NCBI GenBank assembly: GCA_013265495.1
Contig: MU057666.1
Span: forward strand, 159,732-223,731
Reading direction: 5' to 3'
Length of the DNA: 64,000 nt
Source of the DNA: Vicugna vicugna
Lineage: Eukaryota
The notes beneath the pieces are model-generated. The model worked only from the letters and a program-made list of their open reading frames with translations. It made no database searches and was not told where the DNA came from. How positions within the stretch are numbered: position 1 is the first letter of the stretch; each line of letters begins with the position of its first letter. Below are positions 1 to 13,146 of this stretch, piece after piece. Position numbers and translations under genes: made by a program.

Positions 1-110
1 AATGAGTGTTTATATCTCCATGAATGACTGAAAAATTGTGCTGAACACTGGAATTTGACACAGCATTGTAAAATGAGTATAAATCAATAAAAAATGTTAA
101 GAAAAAAGAA
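1..110 (+). mobile_element. LINE-1 3' terminus with poly(A) signal and A-tail (continues off the window edge)
   Basis: gactgaaaaattgtgctgaacactggaatttgacacagcattgtaaaatgagtataaatcaataaaaaatg matches the 3' ends of the L1 copies at 7975-8060 and (reverse complement) 19300-19380. Confidence 0.85.
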
Positions 111-169
111 ATGACTATGTATTATTTATCTCTGTAAAAATTTTTGAAACCCGATTTTCTATATCTATC

Positions 170-1030
170 ATTATTAAATGGTTCAAGAATGTGGAACTAT
201 GGGGACTTACATATACCTCTAATAGGAATGGACATTATTATAACACTTTGAAGGATAATTTGCTATATCTGCTAAAATTTAAATTTTGCAAATCACATGG
301 CCACTTATGCTTTCTTATATGTAAAATGAAGCTAATGATCTATTTTATAGGACTGATGTGAGGATAAATCATTTNNNNNNNNNNNNNNNNNNNNNNNNNN
401 NNNNNNNNNNNNNNNNNNNNNNNNNNNNNNNNNNNNNNNNNNNNNNNNNNNNNNNNNNNNNNNNNNNNNNNNNNNNNNNNNNNNNNNNNTATCAGATATC
501 TAGAGAAACTCTCGCACATATCCACAAGGAAACTGGTACATGAATGTTCACAAAAATATTGTTTGTAATAGCAAAAAAAAAAAAAGGAAATAACCTAAAT
601 ATTCAGAAATGGAATGGGTAAAAATATCATGCTATATTCACACATTGGAATATTATATAACAGCTACATGTATCAATATGGATAAAATTAAAAATTATAG
701 TACTGATTAAGGTAAAATGATTTACAAAAAATACCTAAATGATACCAGTTACCTGTAAGTTATAACTATATAGACAATACAGTATATTTTTAGTGGTGAA
801 TATATATGTAGAAAAGAATAAAGAGACTCATGGGAGTAATACCCAAGTCTAGAGAGCTGTTACATCTGATGGGGAGAAAGAATTCTGTCATCAGGGATGA
901 AATCATGAGGGGCTTCAAGTGGACTGAAAGTGTTTCACTTGTTAATGTGGGTAGTGTGTAAATGTGTGTTTGTCCTATCAGTATTTATACCATTTAGCAA
1001 ATATGAAATACTGTACAACAAAATTAAAAA
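170..1030 (+). mobile_element. old, diverged L1M (L1ME-like) 3' region, interrupted by an assembly gap
   Basis: L1 3'-type motifs such as agagaaactctcgcacatatccacaaggaa...gaatgttcaca...tgtttgtaatagcaaaa...taacctaaat; subfamily assigned from recall. Confidence 0.6.
375..489. other. assembly gap (115 N)
   Basis: run of N. Confidence 1.
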
Positions 1031-2324
1031 AATGCAACAAATAGCAAGAGTGAAGAATAAATACCGTATACATGGATCAGGTTTTCATATATTTATTGGG
1101 AAAAATAGTTATCTGTTAACTTTGCAAGCTGGCCCTTGGACTTGAACATACAATTTTTATGTAATGATGTCTCGATTCCATTTGAATCCTTGCAAAGGAA
1201 TTGAACACAAGTGAAATCCAAATGCACTGTGAAAATTCATGGAGCAAGAATGTACTAACAGACAGTCCAAGGGTTGATGATAGCAAGACAGTGTACTTGA
1301 AGCTAATTACACCATCTGAGTGTGAATATGACTGCAGTGAAGCAAGCGCTTTTCATTTTTTTGCTGTGTCCACCAACACTCTCCCCCATGGTCAATGTGC
1401 AGGTCTTTATTATAATGCATTGTCCATTTATGCCTGGGCTCTTTTTATATTGTGGTCTGGTTGTCCATCGCCAAATGACCATGGCAATATTTTCTTTACC
1501 ATTTAAAGTTTTTAGAGGGCTGGGATTTGGTTGAAAGCACCCACCACAGCCCATTCATTCATCCAACAGACATTTAATAAGTGCCCACTGTGTGCCCAGC
1601 GCTGTACTACAACCGCTGTCAATTGAGTCTTTATTAAACTACCCCAATAAGAGATGCTGCCTAGACCAGGATAGAAAGACAAAAGAGCGCTAGGGCACTA
1701 TGAGGAGTAATGATGCTTTGATAGACCTTTGTTTGATGCTCAGAGCTTCAGGTCCTCACCAGCCCTACCTTAATACCCAAGCATTTGTGCCTTCTATATT
1801 TTCAAATGCTTTTTTTCCTGATAACCTGGAGCCTTTTACAATAACCTATAATACAGATAACAAGGCTGTCTATCATTAATAAAAAAGCACAATAAAGAAT
1901 GAGAAACACTTCTCACTGAGATCAGCTTCTCTTTCCAGCCAGCATAAGTTAAGGGACTGATTTGAAAAGCAGTCTTAGATGCCACATTCTAGCTCACATG
2001 CTCCACGCATGAAGCTTGTTGCTGAAGGAGCATTTCCAATGTGTGATGTGTTCTGCCAGCACTGAGGTTCCGTCACATAATCACAAGTAAGGTTTCTGAA
2101 ACAGAAAGCTGCCTTCAGAAAATCTCTACAGTCGTGGTAAAGATTTCATTGTTTATCCTCCTTCCATTGGCTCAAATCCTCCTCAGTAAGAATGTCAGTA
2201 GAAAGGAAGACTTTGGAAAAGGAGAGTGTGGAGACTGTAATGGGTCACCCAGCTCAGGGCTCTGTGAACTTTCTGAAAAGGATCAGGGAGAACATACACC
2301 AAGTTCATATGATTTCTGTGCTGA

Positions 2325-2470
2325 CTGCTAGACTTGACTGTGGAAGCATGAAACATCTATGGACAATATATAAGCAAATGGGCATGGCTGTGTCCCAACG
2401 GAAGTTATTTTCAAGAAAAAAGGATTGGGTCAAATCTGACCTGCCAGCACTGGTTGCCCGATCACTAATC
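2325..2470 (+). mobile_element. MER58-like hAT/Charlie MITE fragment
   Basis: tatggacaatatataagcaaatgggcatggctgtgtcccaacggaagttattt...ggttgcccgatcact resembles the recalled MER58A 3' half. Confidence 0.6.
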
Positions 2471-5400
2471 TAGTTGGATCCTTCTGGTTTTGTTTGTATG
2501 TTTGTTTGTTTTGTTTTGTTTGTTTGTTTAATAAAAAAGAACATTAATGTGCCAGCCAGGCCCATGTTCTTGGCATTGTCTAGAGGATGTTAAGACTAAA
2601 AGAGCAAGAAACAAAATGAGATCAAACACAGTAACATTTACTAAAATTAAAACATAGGCATATGTTATAACTCTACACATTTTAAATAAACTCATAGAAA
2701 AAAATATTAAATATATAATGATTTCATATGGAGGAGGTAAGGAGAAAAGTGGGTGGCAAATTGGAATAAATGAATAAAATAAGAAAAAAGACTTTGAGGG
2801 ATCAATAATTATACTGTGCTTTGAGTGGAGCTTCAGATAAATTCAACCTCCTGCTGCTGAGTCCCAATCAACAAAAGACACACTCAAAGTAATACAAAAA
2901 CAGCACAAATTTCCATCTGGATTTGAATCCAAAGAAAGGCAGCCATGGAAAAAGACTCTTTGGATGTAGAAGGTTGTGACCTATCATGAGTATAGTATGA
3001 CATAGCCTTACTGTAGAACTCTATGTGATAAATACTGAAAGCAAGCCAAAAGCAGTGCAGGATGCCATAGTGTGACTTGTGCAAGCTGTGAAAGTGTCAC
3101 TTCTAGAGATTCTCCATCTTTGGGGAGAAAATAATGTCTACATAAGTTTCAAAGTGTGGTCTGTGCACCACTGCTGACCAGTGAATTTTCATTACATATG
3201 TGGAATGAGACAAATACAGTAATTGTTTAGAAATTTTCATAGCTATTTGTGCTGCAGCATCTAAGTGGATGGCCCTGCCTTCCTGAACCAGGTGTAGACT
3301 GGATGTTGAGGGATTCATGTGATGAGACACAGAAGGTAGGCACTAAATAACTGTTGAATGCAGTAGGACCGTGTTCTTCAATAATTATCCAGGGTAAAGA
3401 GTTTGTCCAGATTGCAAATCAAGTACTGTTTTCTTCACTGAAAGAGCCTTATTATAAAAAAAGGAAAAATTCAGTTGAACTAAACAGTGTGCTTGGAAAA
3501 ACAGTAAGACATATGAACTCCATCGAGGCTAATAATTCAATACTATCCTCTTTTGCATTTTGCAGGTGATAATGTGGAAACTGATCATAAGCATCTGTTA
3601 GTGTCTGTGCAGGAGGTTTGAACCATGGTATGAACTTAGTGTTTTCAAAAGGTCAGTATCCAGTTTGGTTCTGACTTTGAGGCTGGAATTAAACAGTCTT
3701 ATTTATTTGTCTAATACTCAATAATCTTAATACTGCCTTGCAAGGAAAAAATTCAACGTGTCTATGGCAGACAAGATTGAAGGACAAAAGTCCAAGTTAG
3801 ACACTTGGAAGAATCATCTAGTCTGCAGACTAATTCCATAAATTAACAACTGTAAGACAACTCCACCAACAAAAGCCTGCTATATAGATGGAGCCCCATT
3901 TATTCCTCTCTTGTGTCTTTCCTGGGCTGGTCATAGTTTTGGCCCCTGGGGACACAGGAACATCAAGTCTCCCTCTGGCATGTCTCCATCCCTGTACCCC
4001 CATCTATGCTTCTTAGACCCCATGTCCTGTTCTCCACATCACAAGTACCCTGATCCCCAGGTTCCCAGGCCCAGAACTCAGAGTCTTCCCTCCCCATGTC
4101 CAAGCCCCTTGGACTTCCTCCCTAAGACAGGGCTGCCCATCTTGAGATGTATGACCTGCCCATCACACCTGCACATCTGGACTGTCAACTCTTGAGCAGC
4201 CAAAAAGATTGGAAGTCAGGTGGACACAGCAGGGGTGGGCAAGGCAGCTGGGACTTGTTTAGTGTCATCATGGAAACCAGTCATGAAAATGTATGAAAGT
4301 ACCTATTTTCTTGAATCATTGCCAACATTGGATGTACTTTAATATTTTTGTCATTCTCATAGCTGTTTGTTGACTTTTAGATTTAAAAAGATAGATATGT
4401 AATTTCTTAATCCTTTATGCTTCAAAAGTCCTCGTGTACTACTTTTAAATAGAAAGCTTACATGTTCTTGTTTTGCTCATCAGGTTTCTATTACAATAAC
4501 AATTTTACAACACAATAGATACAGAAAGCAACCAACATCTCTCCATAACCACTTTCCAGTTCCTGTTCATATGCATTTGGGTTTTATAAAGATATAGTTC
4601 TAGCATAGTGCAATTTTGAACTTTCATTTTTTTACTAGACATTACAAGATAAATACTTTCTCTGTTATAGTCTTCCCTTTTAACATCTGCTTAATATTTT
4701 ATGGTTTGTGTATATAAACTAGTTAGTGATTCACCCATTGTTGAATGTCTGAGCTACTTTCTGGTTTAATCATTATAGAAAACTGTAAAGTAAAAATATT
4801 CAAGAATATGAAATCACCCTTTCTTAAGCAGATTTTCCTTGGCTAAATTTCTAAGAATAGAAGAATAAATGTGTTGAGAGATCTTGAGACACAGTACCAA
4901 ACTATTTTCCAAAAGTATAGCACCTGTTCATCCAGGCACCAGCAAAGGATTAGATTTCTGAATTACATGTGAAGATCTCTAAATAAGGACCTGGCAAGCT
5001 CTGTTCTGTGCCTCATGGTTATGTTCTGTTTGTTGATTCGGAAACTGATTCATCAGATGTGCTCAGTTTGAGAGCAGGTTGCTTCAGATTAGAGAGATTT
5101 TCTCTATGTCTGTCATCATCAATAAACCAAGAAAAGTGCTGCACAAGTTTCATGGGAATGGCTGCCACACTACAGAAAGACACATGAACAATCTGGTATG
5201 ATTTTCCAAGCAGAACTTTGGATTGGATTTGAGTGTCTATGTATGCTGAGTATATATGTTTTGCTACAAACCATCAAGGATATTCCAAAGCACCAAGTCA
5301 GCCTGTGTTAGAAAACTGCCATGAGTCCCAGATGACCAAACAGTCTTTGTTCCCTAAACTCTGGCAGCAGTCTGATGGCGGCATCAATAGGAAAACCAGA

Positions 5401-6029
5401 TCTGTCAGTCTGGAGCCTACTGTTTTTCACAGTGCACTTTGGGGAGCTTACTTGGGACAAGGCCTGGGGACTCTACATGACTTGTCTGAGACCTGCAGCC
5501 AACTCATAGCAGAGCCAGACCTAAACCTGGCCTCGTTTCCCAGAACTGTTTTTTGTTTTTTCCCAATGTCATCTTTGCCTTCTCTCTAGTGTCAGGCAAA
5601 ATAGTTGTTGATCAAAGTCCTTTGGTGTCACCCTATTGGGCCCAGTTTAAGCTCTCTGTGTCTTTAGTCCTTCCCCAAATGTATTCTCAACCCTACTTTG
5701 CTAGTTCAGAACCTATGCTTTCCTTCTGGAAGAACTATGCTTTGTACTTGTTGCCTCCTTCATCTAGAAAATCCTCCTGTGTTCAGTCCTGAGGATATCT
5801 TACCTCCTTTAAAATACTCTACATAACAATCTAATGAAGTCATTTTTACAGATAAGGACTTGTCCCAGAGCACACATACTAAATTTTCACCCAATTTTAT
5901 TTTATTACAAACCCCAGGTCAAAACCACTCCTCTGTTCCCACATTCATAGCAACCATGAGTCGTGACACTTAAGTGCTTCTGGCATCAGCAAGGTCTCCT
6001 CTGCCCCTACTTATGACTTTCTGAGTAAG

Positions 6030-6105
6030 CATAATTATGGTCCCCATTTACAGATAAATAAATGGAAGCTCAGAAAGGTGAAGGGAGTTGCCCAGGGTCA
6101 CACCA
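6030..6105. mobile_element. MIR core fragment
   Basis: ccccatttacagataaataaatggaagctcagaaaggtgaagggagttgcccagggtcacac is the MIR core motif. Confidence 0.7.
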
Positions 6106-6572
6106 TGATTATAATCCATATCACATATTTAGTCCTTGATTCTATGATATCTTTTAGCTAATTGTCTAAATTTTTATTTAAGACTTATTCAAAGCACATT
6201 AAACTGGGTACTCTGGGCATTAGGAATATTGTTCATAAATTGCTTCCTGAGTGTTAGATAAGCCTTTCCACCTACTTTGTAAGATCATAAACAGAACAGA
6301 GCTCTTCCTGCTTGTCAGCCTCCCACAGTACTTAGCCCAACCTGGGGCCCAGATTAGTAAGTATTACTAGTCTGACTACCCAAGATAATCAGATGCCAAT
6401 CAGCAACCAAATTTTTTTTTCTGGGATTGATTCCAAGGTCATGCATTTCCTGGTCACTCTTATTTTTCTTGTTAGAAAAAAAATTCGATTGTATTTCTTT
6501 TAAAGATATTTAAATTCAAACCAGCCCTAAGTAATAAGTATGAATTGCACCCTCCTCAAAACATATAGAAAA

Positions 6573-6755
6573 GGGGGGGTGTATAGCTCAGTGGTTAGTG
6601 TACATGCTTAGCATGCACAAGGTCCTGGGTTCAATGTCCAGTACTTCCATTAAAATAGCTAAGTAAATAAGTAAACCTAATTACCTCCCCCCTAGAAAAA
6701 CCCAAAATGAAATAAAACAAAAAGCCCACAAACAAAATAAATAAAATATATTTTT
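6573..6755 (+). mobile_element. tRNA-derived SINE (camelid vic-1-like)
   Basis: tRNA-like head gggggggtgtatagctcagtgg...ggtcctgggttcaat with A and B boxes, body aaacctaattacctcccc, A-rich tail; flanking direct repeat aaaacatatagaaaa / aaagcatgtagaaaa. Confidence 0.85.
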
Positions 6756-6899
6756 AAAGCATGTAGAAAAATGTTGACTGGTCTTCCCTAAAAGTATAGT
6801 AAATATATCAAATTGCAGGAAAAATACAATGAATTTTTAAGCATTAACAATTCAAAAATGCATTGATGCTTTGAGACATTCTTTAAGAACTAAGTTCAG

Positions 6900-8070
6900 T
6901 ATCACCAAAAGCACAAGTGAAAAAGAAAAACAGGTAAATTAGACTTCATCAAAGTTAAAATTTTTTATCCTTCAATGAATGCCATCAGGAAAATAAAAAG
7001 AAAACCTACAGAATGGGAGAAAATATTTGCAAAAGAAAATTTTCCTCTTCTCCTGACAAAGGCTTGATCTCCAGAATATACAAGCAGCTCATATGACTTA
7101 ATAAGAAAAAAACAATCTAACCAAAAAATGAGCAGAAGACCTAAACAAGCAATTTTCCAATGAAGACATATGGATGAACAATAGGCACAAGAAAAAATGC
7201 TCAATATCACTAATTATCAGAGAAATCAAATAAAAACTACAATGAGATTTCACCTCACACCAGTCAGAAACCATCATTCAGAAGTCCACAAATGATAAAT
7301 GCTGGAGAAGCTGTGGAGAAAAGGAAACCCTCCTACACTGCTGGTAGGAATGCAGTTTAGTGTAACCACTGTGGAAAACAGTATCGAGATTCCTCAAAAG
7401 ACTACAGATAGACTTACCATATGACCCAGGAATTCTGCTCCTGGGCATATATCCAGAAGGAACACTACTTCAAAAAGACACCCGCAATCCAATGTTCATA
7501 GCAGCACTACTTACAATAGCCAAGACATGGAAACAGCCTAAATGTCCATCGATAAAGAAATTGGGTATATTTATACAATAGAATACTATTCAGCCATATA
7601 AAAGACAACACAATGCCATTGGCAGCAATGTGGATGTCCCTGGAGAATATCATTCTAAGTGAAGTAAGCCAGAAAAAGAAACAAAAGTATCATATGATAT
7701 TGCTCATATGTGGAATTGAAAAGAAAAGAAAAAGACAAATGAACATAAACACAAAACAGAAACAGACTCATAGACATAGAATACAAACTTGTGGTTGTGG
7801 GGGCGAGGGAGGTGGAAAGGGACAGACTGGGAGTTCAAAATTTGTAGATACTGACAGGCATATACAGAATAGATAAACAAAATTATATTGTATAGCACAG
7901 GGAAATATATACAAGATCTTGTGGTAGCTCACCATGAAAAAGAATGACAATGAATATATGTATATTCATGTAAAACTGAAAAATTGTGCTCTGCTCTGGA
8001 AATTGACACAACATTGTAAACTGACTATAACTCAACAAAATAAACTTAAAAAAATAAAAAAATAAGAAAA
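6900..8070 (+). mobile_element. 5'-truncated LINE-1: ORF2 C-terminus, 3' UTR and A-tail
   Basis: ORF 7613-7876 (AMWMSLENIILSEVSQ) is L1 ORF2-end/3'UTR-like; cacctcacaccagtcaga motif; ends ctataactcaacaaaataaacttaaaaaaa. 6900-7030 may belong to an older L1. Confidence 0.9.
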
Positions 8071-8670
8071 AGCCAATGTTTTAAAATAATTCTACTGATA
8101 ACATTAAAAAAGAAACAGCACAGTTTTTGAAAATTCCAAGTCTTACTCTTCTTATGTCATTTATTAATTCAGAAAACAGTTATGAAGTACCAACGATATG
8201 CAAGGAAATACAAATTCTTGCTTCAAAGACAGATATACAATTATGATACAATGTGATATGTAAGAGCTGTATATGGGAAGTAATAAGAGAGCATAAGGAA
8301 GGCTTTACTTTACAGAAGAAGGGAAATAAACAGGCGGTCATGAGGAAAAGAAATGGGAGGAAATGATTCTACTTAGAGATGAGAATGTGAGCACAAAGAT
8401 TAGGCACAGGGCATCTCGGTGTACCTGAGGAACTTGGAAGGAAAAGTACAAAATACATGGAAACAAGTAGAGAGATGAGTCTGGAAGAAATTCTGAATAT
8501 CAAATGCTACACTTAAAAAAAAAAGCTAGAGTTCACTGCCTAAAAGCAGTGACTCTTCAGGAACTAAGGGCAGAGATCAAAACATATTTTCTATTATTTC
8601 AACCTTAAGAATAAAAAAAAAATCAATGAAGATAACGTTTAAAGTGATCAAGGTAAACTTTTTAACTTAT

Positions 8671-8752
8671 TCCTTTAACACATTCAAAGGTAGCATTTTC
8701 ATCTGCACAGGATCCACAGCAGAACCAAGCCCCATTGTTGTCTGGAAGCAGA
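8671..8752 (-). pseudogene. YME1L1: YME1L1 pseudo-exon (just after the transmembrane segment)
   Basis: acceptor ttcttccctttag; CFQTTMGLGSAVDPVQMK then 1-bp frameshift to NATFECVKG, versus recalled VRFRTTTGLDSAVDPVQMKNVTFEHVKG; donor mutated to ataagt. Confidence 0.9.
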
Positions 8753-9963
8753 CTAAAGGGAAGAAAAAAACTATTCACATAGTTGATAGATTCATAAAAT
8801 TTTAAACACCTTATTTTTCAGATGCAAGAAAGCCTTCACATATATTTAATCAGCATGAGGAGTAAAAATTAGGTCTTCTGGATTTTGAGACTATGTTCAC
8901 ATTAAAATGATGTCTTTACCTTTTCAATTAAAACTAAGAATTTTCCTCTTCTCCTTATATATAATAATAGAAATTTAAACCAATGGTTCTCAAACTTCAT
9001 TTACATAATTAAGAATCATAAGTGAATAATCAGAGCTAATCCTACCCCTCCACTACCCTGCTGATATCACCTATCACCCCTTTACTGGTTCTTTTTTTTT
9101 CTTTTTTTTTAAGAAAAAAAAGAGAGACAAGAGAAGGCAGATCTAGTTATAAAAGGCTATTCCTGAATGTTAAAACCTCATCTCAGTTTTGATGCCAGTA
9201 ATAACTTTTAAAATAACTAAGGCTACATGAAAATTCTGGGGAAAATTCCTGATCCAAGTGACCCAATATTCTTAATTGTATATCAGTTTTTTCTCTCAAG
9301 GTAATCCATCATGAAAAAGTTAAAAACATGAATGGTAGTTGAAAAACCAATTGGAATGGCTTAAACCTGACTCTATACATTTTACACTGGTAAACAGAAA
9401 ATATGGGACTCCATTTAAAGTAAATTTCTACATAAGATCATTTTTTAAAAATTCCATTTATTATTGTGTCTTTGAAATAGATGACTATTTCATTTTGTAT
9501 TGCTATCATAAAATTCTTCTACATGTTTTTAGAATTTTATTATTGGACAGATATCATTTTCTAAATATCTGGGGAACCAACCATTACTAGAAGTAGATAT
9601 AACATTTTCACTCTAACATAATATTTGGAACTCTAAAAAAAATCACTTATTTTCTCAAAACAAGTATAACTTGAATTTTTCAGTGTCTGAAGGAATTTTT
9701 CTTGTAATACAGAAAACAATGCAAATATAATAAGCCCTCTGACAATACAGATGGTACAGAATCATAAGAGATTAAAACTTTTCTATTTAAGTGCAAAAAA
9801 CAATCTCAAAGCAACCCAATCTCAGAAGTCTTGACTTATGTGTAAAAGACCTAGATCTGTGAACTATAAACATGAATGTTTCCTATCTCTAAGCCTTAGA
9901 CTATGAAAAAGAAATAAGCATATAAAAGATACAAAAAGCCAGATAAATAAAAAGAAATTTTAC

Positions 9964-10039
9964 CAGATAAAAATAGTTTTGAGTCCGTAAGTGCCAATTA
10001 CCAGCAAAATAAACACAATCAAGTGAGTTCTTTTTGGAT
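9964..10039 (-). pseudogene. YME1L1: YME1L1 pseudo-exon (transmembrane helix)
   Basis: ttttctccag / gtaaaa borders; DPKRTHLIVFILLVIGTYGLK(fs)LFLS versus recalled DSLRRTRLILFVLLLFGIYGLLKNPFLS. Confidence 0.85.
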
Positions 10040-10409
10040 CTGGAGAAAAAAGAAAACCACCTTAAATCAAGTGACAGCAATGAGAAATGACAGCTCAGTG
10101 AAATGCAAATAGTAAGTTTCTGATGGCAATCACATTTCATCACATATAATTTTGGAATTTTCAGCACCTATTACCAAAATCTTCATGAAGCCATTCGTGC
10201 TTCTATCATTGACTCTGTGTTCTCACTTGAAAAAGTGAGAGTGCTGTGGGCATTTCCACTTCCACACAGCTGAAGATATAAGTATAACAAAATATAACCA
10301 ATAAAAAGTTGGATAATTGTTAGAAAATGAATTATAACACTTAATGGTAGGTCTAGGACTTCCTTTCAGATTTTCTTCCCCAGATGTGGATGATGTCAAA
10401 TCAATTTAC

Positions 10410-10558
10410 CATTGGTTTTCTATGTTAGTGCTTGAGCTTCCAGAAAAGCTTCTGCAAAACCAGTTTTAAATGCATCTTTGTGAACTTCAGGTATGTTTTT
10501 TGTTTTCATGAGTTTGTCCAAACTCTCAATGTCTGATCCTGTCCTGCAAAAGAGACCC
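10410..10558 (-). pseudogene. YME1L1: YME1L1 pseudo-exon
   Basis: ctgtatttag / gtaaat borders; GSLLQD(fs)GSDIESLDKLMKTKNIPEVHKDAFKTGFAEAFLEAQALT*KTN versus recalled GFLLRDRGSDVESLDKLMKTKNIPEAHQDAFKTGFAEGFLKAQALTQKTN. Confidence 0.95.
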
Positions 10559-11469
10559 CTAAATACAGAAATAACACATCCATATCAGTTGGCTATATAG
10601 AAAACACTCCCCAAAGATACAACCACCACTCACAAAAAATTCATTAAGATTCTAGAATATACATTTTTTATTTTCAATGTGAAGAATAAGGCTAAGACTC
10701 AACAATAATCAAAGGCTAGGAAACCAACACTTGGCCCTATACTTGCATCAGTCAGCATAAAGAAACTCTTTAAAGAAGACTAACTATACTAAAAAAAGTC
10801 AATAGGTCACATGTTGACTTAGGGTTCTAATGGCTTGAGGTTCACAGTCTTTTATTTCTGCTACAGGATAAACCTTATTCATTTATTAAATGTTTGCTGA
10901 GTTCCTTTCATATACTTGGCCCCATATAAGTTCTAAAGATATAAAGATAAATATAAATAATCTGAATGTTTTCAGTATATTGGAAAGAGATACACAAAGA
11001 ACTAAGTTTTTGAAACCGTTTTGACATTATGTTAGAGGTACTAGGTGTGGTGGCAAAACAGCTAAGAATTCAGGAAAGGCATTCCAGGGGCTGGGAGAGC
11101 AAACACACAGCATAAACAATCTGACAGGGTCATGAAACACCAGCCTTTAGAGAGCTCAAGAACTATAAGCAGTCTTGTTTGACAGGATTTTAAAACACCA
11201 AGACACAAGGTGGGTAAGGGGACAGAGGAAGTGGCACACTGAAAGATGAGAACAGAAAAATGGTAGGCAGCATGCCACATGACAAGATGCCCTATGTACC
11301 ACGGCAGAAGTCTTGACAATACACTAGTACATTTTAGACAATCCAGTGGCTGGCTGTCTGAAGGCTGGACTAAAAGTAGCAAAACTAAAGGCAAAGAGAC
11401 TAAATAAGCATTTAGTAGAGTAATCTAGGCAATAAGTAATTATAGTTAATAATTTAAGAAATACTTAAG

Positions 11470-12095
11470 TGTGGGAGCCCATGATTGGGTTAACAAATTG
11501 TAACAGACCCCAGCTGCTTATCTCCTTAAAGATGTGCTTAAGTAACCACCTCGCTTAAGCATAGTTGAGGTTTTAGCAATGACCCAGGCCCTTGAACATA
11601 AATGCTGGGTGTGCCTGCTGTTAGATAGTCTTCTATACCCAAAACAGCCTTGGGCTGGAATGGTAAAAAGCTGCAGACTCAGAATGTGAGAAAGCTGATT
11701 AGCCAATGACAGGTAAGATCCCCTGAGGGGGCAACCTAAGACAGGCACAGCTGCCTGAGTCCAAGTTGCTAAGCAGCAGATTATCATAAATTCTGCTCTG
11801 ATAAGCTGAAAGGCTCAACATGAACATAATTCACCAAAAAGGGTCTTCTGACCTTGAGCCAAACATCAGCAATAAATAAAGCCTTTGTACTCATTGTGAT
11901 CCCACCCTGTCCTTCCCTAAATTCCTGCATTCCTCCTTCGACTGTACTCAATAAATACGATAGCATTTGAGAGGCTCCTGGAGTTGGCTTCTGACTCCCT
12001 CTCACTCTCTTGACTTTTTCCACAGTCTTGAGTAATTCACTCCATCTCAGTGGGACTTCTGCTGGCCAGAACCCACAAGTGGTGATGAACCCACA
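11470..12095 (+). mobile_element. solo LTR, probably class II (ERVK/betaretrovirus-like)
   Basis: termini tgtggg...cccaca form a perfect inverted repeat; perfect 6-bp target-site duplication cttaag (11464-11469 and 12096-12101); internal aataaa. Confidence 0.85.
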
Positions 12096-12453
12096 CTTAA
12101 GAGGCTGGATCAACAGCATTTTGGTGATTAATGGATGTGAGAGGTGAGAGAAGATGGACAAATCATAGTTGACCACCAGGCTTCTAGCTTGGTTGGATGC
12201 TACTTATTAACATAAGAAGACATCAGCAGGAGTAGATTGTTGGGGTGGAAAGAGAAAAATAATAGGCTAGTGGAAAGACAAGCTTGGCACTCAGGAGAAT
12301 TGTAAGTATTATGATTACATAGACTGTTAATCTTTTATCATGAATGCAAAGATGGAAGAAAATCAGCCAACAACAGAAAACAGATCTTGAAGGTTGTTTT
12401 AATAACATGAAAATTACTGCTTTTTTGAACAACAACCAAAAAGGTCTAATTAC

Positions 12454-12562
12454 CTTAATGAATGGTGGTGCTGTGTGCTATGTATCTGCTAATCTTTCAG
12501 AGGTGGACTGTAGATGTCTTGTCCTTGACATCAAAATTTTAAAACCCCAAGACTATATGAAA
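12454..12562 (-). pseudogene. YME1L1: YME1L1 pseudo-exon
   Basis: ttcattcag / gtaatt borders; FI*SWGFKILMSRTRHLQSTSERLADT*HTAPPFIK versus recalled VFIQSRGFKTLKSRTRRLQSTSERLAETQNIAPSFVK. Confidence 0.93.
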
Positions 12563-12754
12563 CTGAATGAAACTATATCATGCTCATTTCTGATTTTAAA
12601 TTTTTACAAGGAAAGTGCCTATGAATAAAAATTCTGACATCGTTCCCTTATATCCTAGTTTTAGTCTTATTTTTTAAAAGTTCTTTGCCTGTCATTTCAA
12701 TGCACTTGTAATTAAAGTCATTAAAATGGATTGAATCTATAAATCAAATTTACA

Positions 12755-12897
12755 TTTTTTTGTAATTTAATTTATTTTGGGGATAATAATTGGTTTATTT
12801 ATTAATTATTATTAATTTTTATGGGAGTACTAAGGTTTGAACCTAGGACCTTGAGCATGCTAAGCAACACTCTACCACTGTGCTATACCCTCCTCCC
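12755..12897 (-). mobile_element. tRNA-derived SINE (vic-1-like)
   Basis: reverse complement of the 6573 element: gaacctaggaccttgagcatgctaagcaacactctaccactgtgctataccctcc. Confidence 0.85.
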
Positions 12898-13146
12898 TTT
12901 TTGTTAATTTTAAAATGTAAAAACAACAAAAAAGTTGATAAATATTTATAAAAGGTTAGTGTCTATTCCTCAAACCTCAATTCTACATCCCAGAAGTAAT
13001 GGTTGTTAACAATTCCATGACTACACTTTAAAGTATTTAAATACACGCTTTTTCTATTAAAATGGTACATAACTTTTTGCAATTGCCTTTCATTTAACAG
13101 TGTATTATGAACATTTCTCAGAACAGGTCAGAAAGTGCATTCAGGT

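Noticed and set aside
340..543. Two ORFs spanning X residues
   Set aside because: Artefacts of the N gap.
1140..1554. Complex non-repetitive-looking segment with three overlapping ORFs
   Set aside because: No recognisable protein in any frame I read. It may be an ancient repeat or conserved non-coding element, but I cannot assign it.
2880..3470. Minus-strand acceptor-like sites (about 3118 and 3447) that could be further YME1L1 exons
   Set aside because: Translations do not match the expected next exons (GVEEAKQELQEVVEFLK, GILLVGPPGTGKT) and reach stops.
6573..6650. tRNA-like sequence (also at 12830, 35210, 57362, 61505)
   Set aside because: SINE heads with a shared body, A-rich tail and flanking repeats; not tRNA genes.
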